DNA of 39,848 bases from an uncultured Ottowia sp. (GCA_964424045.1 CAYRHV010000002.1:1-39848), one strand, 5' to 3'; shown: positions 30,916 to 39,818, numbered from the stretch's first letter. Made by a program: numbers and translations. The notes: generated from the sequence alone by a model not told the origin.

Positions 30916-31263
30916 ATGACCCAACAACGCCTCTCCCTTTCTTCCATGATCGCCGCCGCGGCCGCGGTGGCTGCCCTGGGCCTTCCAGGGATGGCTTCGG
31001 CAGCGTACGAGCATCCGGCCAATAATGAAATCGGCGTCATCGTTCACTCGGAGCACTTCAAGAGCGATAAAACCCGAGCCCAAGTCAAGGCGGAGGCCGA
31101 GGCTGCGATGCTGCAAGGCCGTCTTTCCTACGGCGAGAGCAACTACCCGATCCGCACGCTCGATGCAGGTCCTGGCAAGACGCGTGAGCAAGTGGTCAAC
31201 GAACTGCGAAGCGAGTCGCCTGCCGAGCGCGACGCGCGTCTGCGCCTTTACTCCGCAGGTTGA
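30916..31263 (+). CDS. DUF4148-like periplasmic protein
   Basis: Signal peptide; repeated KTRAQVKAE / KTREQVVNEL; AGGAG RBS. Confidence 0.8.
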   Translation: MTQQRLSLSSMIAAAAAVAALGLPGMASAAYEHPANNEIGVIVHSEHFKSDKTRAQVKAEAEAAMLQGRLSYGESNYPIRTLDAGPGKTREQVVNELRSESPAERDARLRLYSAG

Positions 31264-31707
31264 TTCTCCTGCTGCTACGCCGGCATCATTGGGGCGGCTA
31301 TTCAAGGGACAGGCGATGGCGACACCCGATGTCTTTTGAAACAGTGCTGCTTGCGACCATGCCCGGCAAGCGACCTCAAGCGCCACCTGCGCCAGAAACC
31401 GTAAAGCAAGAGCCTCGCCATGCCCCGCATACCCGTTGGTTCGCCTGGCGTGGACGGCTCCGCCGATAGCTGCCGGCGCGCCCCCAACGGCACGCTGCTG
31501 GTGCTGGTGGATCAAAGCAGCCCGGGCATATGATGGTCGAATCGACTGGCCAGCTGGCGTCGCGGCTGGCGGCGGCTCCAAACGAATCAGGCACAGACCG
31601 CAGCGAACCGTCTCGGTTGGAACAGGATGATGGTCGATTCTTGGGGCGCGCCCAGATTGTGTGCATGCACCCGCGAGAAATCACCATTGAACTCTGGAGA
31701 CCGTCAC

Positions 31708-33387
31708 ATGACGAACCACGAATCCCTCACCCGCCGCGACTTCATGAACGGCGTCGGCATGGGCACTGCGGCACTGCTGGCTGGTTTGCCGCAAGTCGAA
31801 GCCGCGCCCGCAATGCAAAGCGCAAGCGATACCTTTGAACCGGACGTTGCTCTGGAGTTGATCGCCCTACCGCGCAGTGTTTCGCTGCGACCGGGGCGAG
31901 CAACATCCGTGTGGTCGTACCAGTCGCGCGTGCTGAAAGGGGATCCAGTAAGCGTGCAGGCGCTGCCCGACAGCTACCTGGGCCCGATCCTGCGCCTGCG
32001 GCGCGGCCAAAAAGTCCGCATCGATTTCATCAACCGGCTGGACCAGCCGAGCACCGTGCACTGGCACGGCCTGCACGTCCCCGACACCATGGACGGGCAT
32101 CCGCGCTTTGCGATCGGGCGGGGCGAGCGCTATCGCTACGAGTTCGAAGTGCGCAACCGCGCCGGCACCTACTGGTATCACCCCCACCCCCACGGCCATA
32201 CGGGCGAGCAGGTGTATTTCGGCCTTGCCGGCCTGCTCCTGGTGAGCGATGAGGAGGAGCAGGCGCTGCCGCTGCCACGCGGCCAATACGATCTGCCGAT
32301 CGTCATTCAGGATCGCAGCTTCGACGACGGCAACCAACTCCGCTACCTCAGCGGCACCGGGCCGACTGCGCGCGGCGACGCATCCGGCGCGCCGTCTGCA
32401 CCGGGCAACACGATGGGCGGTGGGGGAATGATGGGCGGCATGATGAGCCGCGGGGCCATGATGTCGGGCGGCATGGGCGACATGATGACGCGCATGATGG
32501 GGTTCCTTGGCGACACCATCCTGGTCAACGGCCGCCCGGACGCATCGATCGAGGTCGCCACGCACCCCTATCGGCTGCGCATCCTGAACGGCTCCAACTC
32601 GCGCATCTACAAGCTGGCGTGGCAGGACGGCCGGCCGCTCACCGTGATCGGCACCGATGGCGGGCTGCTGGAGCGGCCGGTGCACAAGGACTACGTGATG
32701 CTGGCCCCCGCCGAGCGCGTTGAACTGTGGGCCGACTTCAGCAAGGACGATCTGGGCACGCAGCTCACGCTGATGAGTCTTGCGTTCGAGGGTTCAATGG
32801 GCGGGATGATGGGGATGATGGATGGCGGGCCGATGGCAGCCATGATGGACAACTCATCGTTGGCTGCCGGGGCGCAGTTTCCGATATTCAAGGTCAATGT
32901 GGCGCGCAAGACAAACGCCAGGCTCGAACTGCCCGAACGGCTGTCTGCGGTCTCCTGGCCGCGCCTGCAGGATGCGGTCAATCGTGCCAAGCCAAGAGCA
33001 TTCCGCATCACGATGGCGCAGATGCAATGGGGCTTTGACGGCCGCGGCTTCGAGATGATGGCCGTGGCGCCGAATGAAGTCGTGAAGCTGGGAACCACGG
33101 AGGTTTGGGAGTTCGCCAACGACAGCGGCATGATGACCATGGCCCACCCGATCCACGTGCACGACCCGCAGTTTCAGGTGCTGGAGCGACGCCACGGCGC
33201 GGCCAGCGGCGGCGTGCGCGATGGCTACGTCGATCAAGGCTGGAAAGACACCGTGCTGGTGATGCCGGGAGATCGCGTGAAGCTCTTGATGCGTTTCGCC
33301 GACTATCCAGGGCTCTACCTCTACCACTGCCACATGCTGGAGCACGAGGATCTGGGCCTGATGCGCAATTACCGCATCGAGACTTGA
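31708..33387 (+). CDS. CueO-like multicopper oxidase with Met-rich inserts
   Basis: Tat TRRDFM; HWHG, WYHPH, HPIHVH, HCHMLEHED; GGAG RBS. Confidence 0.92.
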   Translation: MTNHESLTRRDFMNGVGMGTAALLAGLPQVEAAPAMQSASDTFEPDVALELIALPRSVSLRPGRATSVWSYQSRVLKGDPVSVQALPDSYLGPILRLRRGQKVRIDFINRLDQPSTVHWHGLHVPDTMDGHPRFAIGRGERYRYEFEVRNRAGTYWYHPHPHGHTGEQVYFGLAGLLLVSDEEEQALPLPRGQYDLPIVIQDRSFDDGNQLRYLSGTGPTARGDASGAPSAPGNTMGGGGMMGGMMSRGAMMSGGMGDMMTRMMGFLGDTILVNGRPDASIEVATHPYRLRILNGSNSRIYKLAWQDGRPLTVIGTDGGLLERPVHKDYVMLAPAERVELWADFSKDDLGTQLTLMSLAFEGSMGGMMGMMDGGPMAAMMDNSSLAAGAQFPIFKVNVARKTNARLELPERLSAVSWPRLQDAVNRAKPRAFRITMAQMQWGFDGRGFEMMAVAPNEVVKLGTTEVWEFANDSGMMTMAHPIHVHDPQFQVLERRHGAASGGVRDGYVDQGWKDTVLVMPGDRVKLLMRFADYPGLYLYHCHMLEHEDLGLMRNYRIET

Positions 33388-33471
33388 ATGCCGGTGGTAG
33401 GTGTGCAAATGTCTTTCTGAAGTTGACCCGTTTTCGCGGACACCTGATCCTTATGGAAGAAGGAGTTCGCT

Positions 33472-33795
33472 ATGCCCAAGACCCGCCCTCCGTACCCGGC
33501 GGCATTTCGCCAGCAGATGATCGAGCTGGTTGCAGCCGGCAACACGCCTGCACAGTTGGCGCGACAGTTCGATTGCACGGCACAGACCATCTCGAACTGG
33601 GTGGGACATGCCGCCGTGGACCGCGGCAAGCCCTCGACAAGCAAGGAAGGGTTGACCAACGCCGAGCGCGAGGAGCTGCATCGGCTGCGCCGCCAAGTGC
33701 GCCAGTTGCAGACCGAGCGAGATATATTGGCAAAGGCTACGGCCTGGTTCGCCGCCAGGGGCGAGAAGACGTTCACGCCGTCTTCGAGCTCGTGA
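33472..33795 (+). CDS. IS3-family transposase OrfA
   Basis: YPAAFRQQMIEL...AQLARQF...TISNWV HTH; zipper ELHRLRRQVRQLQTERDIL. Confidence 0.9.
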   Translation: MPKTRPPYPAAFRQQMIELVAAGNTPAQLARQFDCTAQTISNWVGHAAVDRGKPSTSKEGLTNAEREELHRLRRQVRQLQTERDILAKATAWFAARGEKTFTPSSSS

Positions 33796-34733
33796 TGGCC
33801 CACCAGGCCGCCTTCGCCGTGCACACGATGTGCCGCGTACTGGGAGTCTCGGTGAGCGGCTTTTACGCCTGGCGCGATCGCGCGCCGTCGAAGCACGCCA
33901 TGGAGGATGCTGTGATGGTCGAGCGGATTCGGGCGATTCACGCCGCCTCGGATGCGACCTACGGCATGCCGCGGGTGCGTGCCAAGCTCATCGATCAGGG
34001 CGCGCGGGTGAGCCGCAAGCGGGTCGCACGCCTCATGCGCCTGCACGGCTTGCGCGGCATGAGCCGGCGTCGTGGCTTTGTCGTGACGACGCAGCGCGAG
34101 CCCAAGCGGCGCCCGGCGCCGGATCTGGTGAACCGCCAGTTCGTCGCCGACGAGCCGAACCGGCTGTGGGTAGCCGATATCACCTTCGTGCCGACCTGGG
34201 CCGGATTCGTGTACCTGGCGATCGTGCTCGATGTCTGGAGCCGTCGGGTGGTGGGCTGGTCGATAGGAGAGTGCATCGATACCGAACTGGTGCTCGCGGC
34301 GCTGAACATGGCCATCGCGCAGTGCCGCCCCGGCAACGTCATTCACCACAGCGACCAGGGCAGCCAGTACACGAGCATCAGCTTTGGCAAGCGCTGCGGC
34401 GAGATGGGCGTGCGCCCCTCCATGGGATCAGTGGGCGATGCCTACGACAACGCGATGGCCGAGAGCTTTTTCGCCAGCCTGGAGTGCGAACTGATCGATC
34501 GGCGCGTCTTCAAGACCAAGACGGAAGCACGCCTGGCGCTGTTCACCTGGATCGAGGGCTGGTACAACCCATGTCGGCGCCACTCGGCGCTCGGTCAGCG
34601 CTCTCCGGCAACTTTCGAGAGGATCCATATCGACGACATTCACATCGAAGCACCGAGCCACGAACACGGGTTACCCACCGTCGGCGTTTGCGTGGCATGC
34701 GCCACGCCGCCGGTGGATAACCCTGCATCGTGA
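33795..34733 (+). CDS. IS3-family transposase OrfB (DDE)
   Basis: -1 frame with TGATG overlap; WVADIT, HHSDQGSQY, DNAMAESFF. Confidence 0.9.
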   Translation: MAHQAAFAVHTMCRVLGVSVSGFYAWRDRAPSKHAMEDAVMVERIRAIHAASDATYGMPRVRAKLIDQGARVSRKRVARLMRLHGLRGMSRRRGFVVTTQREPKRRPAPDLVNRQFVADEPNRLWVADITFVPTWAGFVYLAIVLDVWSRRVVGWSIGECIDTELVLAALNMAIAQCRPGNVIHHSDQGSQYTSISFGKRCGEMGVRPSMGSVGDAYDNAMAESFFASLECELIDRRVFKTKTEARLALFTWIEGWYNPCRRHSALGQRSPATFERIHIDDIHIEAPSHEHGLPTVGVCVACATPPVDNPAS

Positions 34734-34871
34734 CCTTCGGGAACACTTGAGAATCAAGCCCCAACCCGTCCGCGGAACAGGGTCAAGTCCATTCGGCCCG
34801 GCAAGCTCAGGCCGCGCCGTGCAAAGCAGTTGCCAGCGCGTTTTGAAACAACTCAAGAAAGGTCGCACATC

Positions 34872-35114
34872 ATGATGAGCGGAATGCAAATGGGCGCAAT
34901 GACGGGGATGGGCGGCTGGTTCGGCGCCCACGGGTTGATCCTGCTGCTCTGGGCGGCGGTCATCATCCTGCCCTTCTGGAAAATCTTTTCCAAGGCAAGT
35001 TTTTCCGGCTGGCTCAGTCTGCTGCTGCTCGTGCCCGTGGTCAACCTGATCGTCCTCTACGTCATTGCATTCGCGCGCTGGCCGGCGCGCCGGTTTCCCG
35101 ACCTTCCGGTTTGA
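34872..35114 (+). CDS. Small Met-rich membrane protein (paralog B)
   Basis: LPFWKIFSKASFSGWLSLLLLVPVVNLI, paralogous to 17791-18048. Confidence 0.75.
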   Translation: MMSGMQMGAMTGMGGWFGAHGLILLLWAAVIILPFWKIFSKASFSGWLSLLLLVPVVNLIVLYVIAFARWPARRFPDLPV

Positions 35115-35142
35115 GCCGACCGGTTACCGCGGACAAGGCCCA

Positions 35143-36213
35143 TCATGCTGCTCGATCGTGCCGATGCCGGTGGTGGATGTCGGGGTAATGCGGGTGGCAG
35201 TGGGTGATCGGCGCATGTGCGTGCTCATGCGAATGCGGCTCGCGGCCATCCCACGGAAAATCGTGCGTGTGCTGGTGGTGCACGTCGTGCACGTGGCGGT
35301 GGGTGTGGGTCATGGTCTCGTGGGTGTGCGTGTGCTCGTGGCGCTCGGTCAGGTGCAGCCATACCCCGGTGGCCATCAGCGCCGCTGCCAGCCAGAACAG
35401 CGGCGCGGCGTGCTCGCCGAGGGCAAAGACAGCAATGGCCGCGCCCAAGAATGGCGCGGTGGAAAAGTAGGCGCCGGTGCGCGCCGTGCCAAGGCCGCGC
35501 AAGGCGAGAACGAACAGCACCAAGCTGACGCCGTAGCCCAAGAGCCCGACCAGCATGGCTTCGACCAGCACGGGTGCGGCAGGCAGCGCAGCGCCCAGTG
35601 CCAGCGCGATGCCGGTGTTGACGATGCCCGCTACGCCGCCCTTGAGGCCTGCCACAAACAGCGCGTCCGTGGCCGACACCTTGCGAGTGAAGTTGTTGTC
35701 CAGCGCCCAGCCAAGGCAGGCGCCGGCAATCAGGAGCGTGCCCGAACCCAGACGGCCGGTGGCTGGCGACGCATCGGGCCACGCCAACAACACAGCGCCG
35801 GCGACGATCGCCAGCATGCCGAGAACGATGTGACGGTCGGTGTTTTCGCGAAACACGACCCAGGCGATGACGGCGGTCAGCACCGCTTCCAGATTGAGCA
35901 GCAGCGATGCGGTGGCAGCCGGGGTGGTCATGAGCCCCAGCATGAGCGCGAGCGGCGCCAGCACGCCGCCAAAGCCGGTGGCGAGCAGCAGCCACAGCCA
36001 CTCGCGCGCAGGCATCACGGGCTTGCGCCAGCCGCGGTCGCGTGCCAAGCGGATCAACCCCAAGCCGATGCCACTGCCCAGATACAAGAGGCCAGCCAGC
36101 AGCACCGGCGACAGGTCGCGCAGCAACTGCTTGGCAAACGGCGTACTCGCGCCAAAGAGCAGCGCGGCGGCAAGCGCGGCGGCAACCGGCGGTGAGAAAT
36201 GCAAGCGATTCAT
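35143..36213 (-). CDS. EamA/DMT-family transporter with His-rich C-terminal tail
   Basis: AALLFGASTPFAK, SLLLNLE, WALDNNFT, YFSTAPF; tail with more than 20 His. Confidence 0.88.
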   Translation of the reverse strand: MNRLHFSPPVAAALAAALLFGASTPFAKQLLRDLSPVLLAGLLYLGSGIGLGLIRLARDRGWRKPVMPAREWLWLLLATGFGGVLAPLALMLGLMTTPAATASLLLNLEAVLTAVIAWVVFRENTDRHIVLGMLAIVAGAVLLAWPDASPATGRLGSGTLLIAGACLGWALDNNFTRKVSATDALFVAGLKGGVAGIVNTGIALALGAALPAAPVLVEAMLVGLLGYGVSLVLFVLALRGLGTARTGAYFSTAPFLGAAIAVFALGEHAAPLFWLAAALMATGVWLHLTERHEHTHTHETMTHTHRHVHDVHHQHTHDFPWDGREPHSHEHAHAPITHCHPHYPDIHHRHRHDRAA

Positions 36214-36254
36214 TAACCAATCCTTCCCGGAAGATGCCACATTCACCATTGCCT

Positions 36255-38258
36255 TCAATGGCGGCCTGCGGGTGCGACGTCGGCAAGGCCAGCCGTCGAC
36301 GCATCGCCTGGAGAGCCAAACGACGTGCGGCGGGCCTGCGGCAGGAGACGTGCAGAGTTCAGAATGAAGGTCAGCTCTGAAGCGACGTGGATGAAGGCGG
36401 CCAGCAGGGGGCCCAGCAGTCCGAATGCGGCCAGCGCAATACCCACCAGATCGATTCCGATCGTGCCCGCGAAGTTCTGCCAGATGATGGCGCGCGTGCG
36501 CCGCGCCACTTTCATCGTCTCGACGAAACACGCCAGGTCGTTGCCCAGCAGCACGATGTCGGAACTCTCCTGCGCCACGTCGGTGCCGGAACCCATTGCC
36601 ACGCCGACGCTGGCCTCGGCCAGAGCAGGCGCATCGTTCACACCATCGCCAACCATCGCGACTGTCCGGCCTTTCTTCACCATGTCGGCCAGCCGGGCCA
36701 GCTTGTCCTCGGGCAGCAATTCGGCTTCGACGTTCTTCAAGCCGAGCTCGGTTGCCACGGCAGTCGCGACCTGCCGGTTGTCGCCTGTCAGCAGAATCGT
36801 CTGCACGCCCATCGCATCCAGCGCGGCGATGGCCCGCTTCGCCTCGGGCCTGATCGTGTCGGCAATGTCGATGGTGCCCAGCAGGCGTCCATCCTTGGCG
36901 ATCACGACCTCGGTGCACGCACCAAGGTCGCGAAGCGGCGGCAGGTCGATCCGATTGTCAGCCATCCAAGCGCGGTTGCCGACGAGAATCGTGGCGTCGC
37001 CCAATCGTGCCGAGATGCCGCGTCCTGGCGTGTAGCCGAAGTGCTCCGGTTCTCGCACTTTGCGTGCCTCTGTCTTCACGCGGCTCAAGATGGCTTTGCC
37101 GAGCGGATGCTCCGAGCGGACCTCTGCGGTCGCCGCGGCGTCGAGCAGCGCTGCAGCCGATACGCCCTCGGCAGGCAAGACAGCTTGCACTTCCGGCCGG
37201 CCGTAAGTCAGCGTGCCAGTCTTGTCGAGCACAACGGTATCGACCTTGCCCAGCGTTTCGAGATGAACCCCACCCTTGATGATGGCCCCAAGCCGGGCAG
37301 AGCGGCCGATACCGCCCAGGATCGCCAGCGGTGTTCCGGCAGCAATGCCGCACGCGCCGGCAACGATGATCACTGAGATGGTCGAACGCATGTCACGCGT
37401 GATGAGCCAGGTCAGCACGGCGGCGCCGAGCGCGAAGTACACCAGATAGCCGGCGAGCCGATCGGCCATCCGCTGCACGGGAGCCCGCGAGCGCTCGGCT
37501 CGCTCTACCGCCTCGATGATGCGGCCGTAGCTGGTATCGCGCCCGATCCGCTCGGCTCGAATTTCCAGTGCGCCCGACTGGTTGATCGCGCCAGCATAGA
37601 CGCGAGAACCCTCAGTCTTTTCGACTGGCATCGACTCGCCGGTGATCCGCGATTCGTCGGTGAATGAGTGGCCGGAGACCACAACACCGTCGACCGGGAG
37701 GCCGCCGCCTGGGGAAACCAGAATCACGTCACCCACTGACAGTTCCTCGGCCGAGACGGTCTTGATAGAACCCGCCCTACGCACCGACACCTCACGCGGC
37801 AAAAACTCCAGCAGGTCCCGGATCGCCTTGCGGCCGCGGCCGACCGTCAGACCCTCCAGCACCTCCGCAATCAGTACGAACAGCGTGATCACCAGCGCTG
37901 TGAAGAATTCACCGATCGCGGCTGCGGCAACGATGGCGATGGTCATTGACAGTTCCATCGTCATGCGCCGGGCCTGCAGGTGCTCCAGCGCTTCCTTGAA
38001 GATTGGCCAACCACCGATCACCAAGCCAATGACTCCGATTACGCTGACCGCTGGATACGGCTCCCACCATGTGAACCAGACGGCAACGGCTGCGACCGCC
38101 ACCAGACAGATGCGCAGAGCCTCATTCCAATCGAATGGGTACTCGTGGTCGTGATGATCGTGATGATCGTGATGATCGTGATCATGGTCATGATCCTCGT
38201 GGTGTTGATCGGTGTACCCATCTTGGCCATGCGGCCGGTTGTGTAGAGAAATAGACAT
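36255..38258 (-). CDS. Heavy-metal P1B-type ATPase with non-canonical GACG motif
   Basis: TGES, DKTGTLT, SEHPL, TGDN, GDGVND; VAGACGIAAGTP where CPC is expected; His/Asp-rich N-terminus. Confidence 0.9.
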   Translation of the reverse strand: MSISLHNRPHGQDGYTDQHHEDHDHDHDHHDHHDHHDHEYPFDWNEALRICLVAVAAVAVWFTWWEPYPAVSVIGVIGLVIGGWPIFKEALEHLQARRMTMELSMTIAIVAAAAIGEFFTALVITLFVLIAEVLEGLTVGRGRKAIRDLLEFLPREVSVRRAGSIKTVSAEELSVGDVILVSPGGGLPVDGVVVSGHSFTDESRITGESMPVEKTEGSRVYAGAINQSGALEIRAERIGRDTSYGRIIEAVERAERSRAPVQRMADRLAGYLVYFALGAAVLTWLITRDMRSTISVIIVAGACGIAAGTPLAILGGIGRSARLGAIIKGGVHLETLGKVDTVVLDKTGTLTYGRPEVQAVLPAEGVSAAALLDAAATAEVRSEHPLGKAILSRVKTEARKVREPEHFGYTPGRGISARLGDATILVGNRAWMADNRIDLPPLRDLGACTEVVIAKDGRLLGTIDIADTIRPEAKRAIAALDAMGVQTILLTGDNRQVATAVATELGLKNVEAELLPEDKLARLADMVKKGRTVAMVGDGVNDAPALAEASVGVAMGSGTDVAQESSDIVLLGNDLACFVETMKVARRTRAIIWQNFAGTIGIDLVGIALAAFGLLGPLLAAFIHVASELTFILNSARLLPQARRTSFGSPGDASTAGLADVAPAGRH
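38151..38183. repeat. 9-bp tandem repeat (GTGATGATC)x3 plus a partial unit, encoding DHH units
   Basis: Seen directly in the ATPase 5' region. Confidence 0.9.
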
Positions 38259-38318
38259 GGGGTTTGATCGTCCGAGGGAGGTTTGCCGCCCATAGGCGGC
38301 CCATAGGCGACTTCGGAT

Positions 38319-38597
38319 TCACTTCATATAGCTGCGCAGAATCGCAATCAGTTCGGCTGCCCCTTGTTCGCGCGTGCCGTCGCCAGGGTCTTGCGGATGG
38401 GCGATGTGCGAGTTGATGTGTTCCTCCATCACTTCGCGCATCAAGCCCGTCAGCGCACCGCGCGCGGCGGCGATCTGGTGCAAAACATCGGCACATCCCT
38501 TTTCGGCTTCCAGAGCACGCTCGATCCCCTCAAGTTGTCCACGGATGCGACGCACACGAGCGAGGAGTTTCGGTTTTTCCTTGACGGTATGACTCAT
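38319..38597 (-). CDS. rcnR: RcnR/DmeR-like Ni/Co-sensing repressor (CsoR/RcnR family)
   Basis: His3, Cys35, His60, His64 and His67 at the same positions as in E. coli RcnR. Confidence 0.85.
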   Translation of the reverse strand: MSHTVKEKPKLLARVRRIRGQLEGIERALEAEKGCADVLHQIAAARGALTGLMREVMEEHINSHIAHPQDPGDGTREQGAAELIAILRSYMK

Positions 38598-38618
38598 AGG
38601 TAGATGTTTATTGTTAGG

Positions 38619-38635
38619 ATAGGTGGGTAAGGTAT
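38619..38635. promoter_or_regulatory. Candidate RcnR-family operator
   Basis: ATAGGTGGGTAAGGTAT: G-rich tract flanked by ATA/TAT, ~20 bp upstream of rcnR. Confidence 0.5.
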
Positions 38636-38754
38636 ATTAACCTGAACTCTGGGACAAGGACGGGCATCCAGCGCCCCGAGGTCAAGACATCGGGGGAAAT
38701 TTAGCGGAGCGGATCGGCTCGGCTGGACCAGAACAACGCGAATAGGAGGCCGCT

Positions 38755-39663
38755 ATGGAGTTCAGGTTGCTGCGCTACTTCATCGTCGTAGCGGAAGAAT
38801 TGCACTTGGCCCGCGCGGCCGAGCGTTTGGGCATTGAGCAGTCACCAGTGTCGCGCGCGATGCGCGACCTCGAACGCTTGCTCGGCGTGCAGTTGTTCGA
38901 CCGCAGCACGCGTCAAACGCGGTTGACTTGGGCTGGCAAGGTGCTGCTTGGCGAAGCCCGGTGTGTACTGGCCGCGGTCGATCATGCGGTGCAGGCGACC
39001 AAGGGCGCGGCCCAGGGCTATCAGGGCGTTTTGCGCATCGGTATCTGCGACAGCCTGGCCCAGCCGCGCATTGCTTCGCTGCTGGCGCGCAGCCGGGAGG
39101 AGGAGCCTGAGCTGAACATCCGGGTCTTTGAGCTGCCATTCGCGCAGCAACTCAAGGGCCTGCACAATGACCTGTTGGATATCGGCTTTGCGCTGTCGGA
39201 TGGGGTCAACGACGGGCTGGTGGCCGAACTGGCCTGGAGCGATCCGCTGTCTGTGATCGTGCCGGCACGCCATCCTCTGCTGGAGCATGTCCAAGTCAAG
39301 TTACGGGACGCCTTGAAGTTCCCGCTGGTGCTGTGCCATCCCGACGCAGGCTCGGGCTGCCACAACCAGATCCAAGCGGTGCTCAATGGCGCGACCATAC
39401 CGCCCAAGGTAGCAGACCACGTAACGAGCCTGGGCGTGATGCTGACGCTGGTGGGCGCCGGCTACGGCATCGGCTTCGCCATTGCCTCGCAGGTGCAGAC
39501 CCTAAATCGACCCGACATAGCCGTCCGTCCCCTGGCAGGCACGCCGCCCATGCTGTCCACCTACCTGTTGCGCCGCCGTGCCGAACCCTCTGAGCCCACG
39601 AAGCGGTTCCTGGAGCGCGCACGCGAGGAATTCGGGCCGAAGGGAGATGAACCGGCCTCGTGA
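38755..39663 (+). CDS. LysR-family regulator, TciR-like (copy 2)
   Basis: MEFRLLRYFIVVAEELHLARAAERLGIEQSPVSRAM; AGGAGG RBS; motifs shared with copy 1. Confidence 0.92.
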   Translation: MEFRLLRYFIVVAEELHLARAAERLGIEQSPVSRAMRDLERLLGVQLFDRSTRQTRLTWAGKVLLGEARCVLAAVDHAVQATKGAAQGYQGVLRIGICDSLAQPRIASLLARSREEEPELNIRVFELPFAQQLKGLHNDLLDIGFALSDGVNDGLVAELAWSDPLSVIVPARHPLLEHVQVKLRDALKFPLVLCHPDAGSGCHNQIQAVLNGATIPPKVADHVTSLGVMLTLVGAGYGIGFAIASQVQTLNRPDIAVRPLAGTPPMLSTYLLRRRAEPSEPTKRFLERAREEFGPKGDEPAS

Positions 39664-39805
39664 CGTTGAGCGCTCGGATACATTGGCTACTGCTGGCTGT
39701 CCGCAGCTCGCATTGGACCTGCCCGGAGCATGCGTTGACCAAGCGAGGTTTTTTAGTCCACAATAACGTCCATCTCGGTTCGCCGAGTGCGGAAGACTCG
39801 TTATT

Positions 39806-39818
39806 AATCAACGAGTTG
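39806..39818 (+). promoter_or_regulatory. IHF binding consensus next to the att site
   Basis: AATCAACGAGTTG matches WATCAANNNNTTR exactly. Confidence 0.6.

Larger units (their letters stand above)
33418..34791 (+). mobile_element. IS3-family insertion sequence, 1374 bp, 3-bp target duplication TTC
   Basis: IRL TGAAGTTGACCCGTTTTCGCGGAC, IRR (reverse complement) TGGACTTGACCCTGTTCCGCGGAC; TTC at 33415-33417 and 34792-34794. Confidence 0.93.

Noticed and set aside
31264-31707. Short ORFs between the DUF4148 gene and the multicopper oxidase
   Set aside because: No convincing RBS or motif in any frame examined; left unannotated
33105-33794. N-terminal extension of the 542-aa ORF suggesting an oxidase-transposase fusion
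   Set aside because: Merely the open -1 frame upstream of OrfB; it crosses the IS boundary and has no motifs
35143-36918. 591-aa ORF suggesting a long N-terminal domain on the EamA transporter
   Set aside because: The extension overlaps the ATPase in another frame; the transporter plausibly starts at 36213
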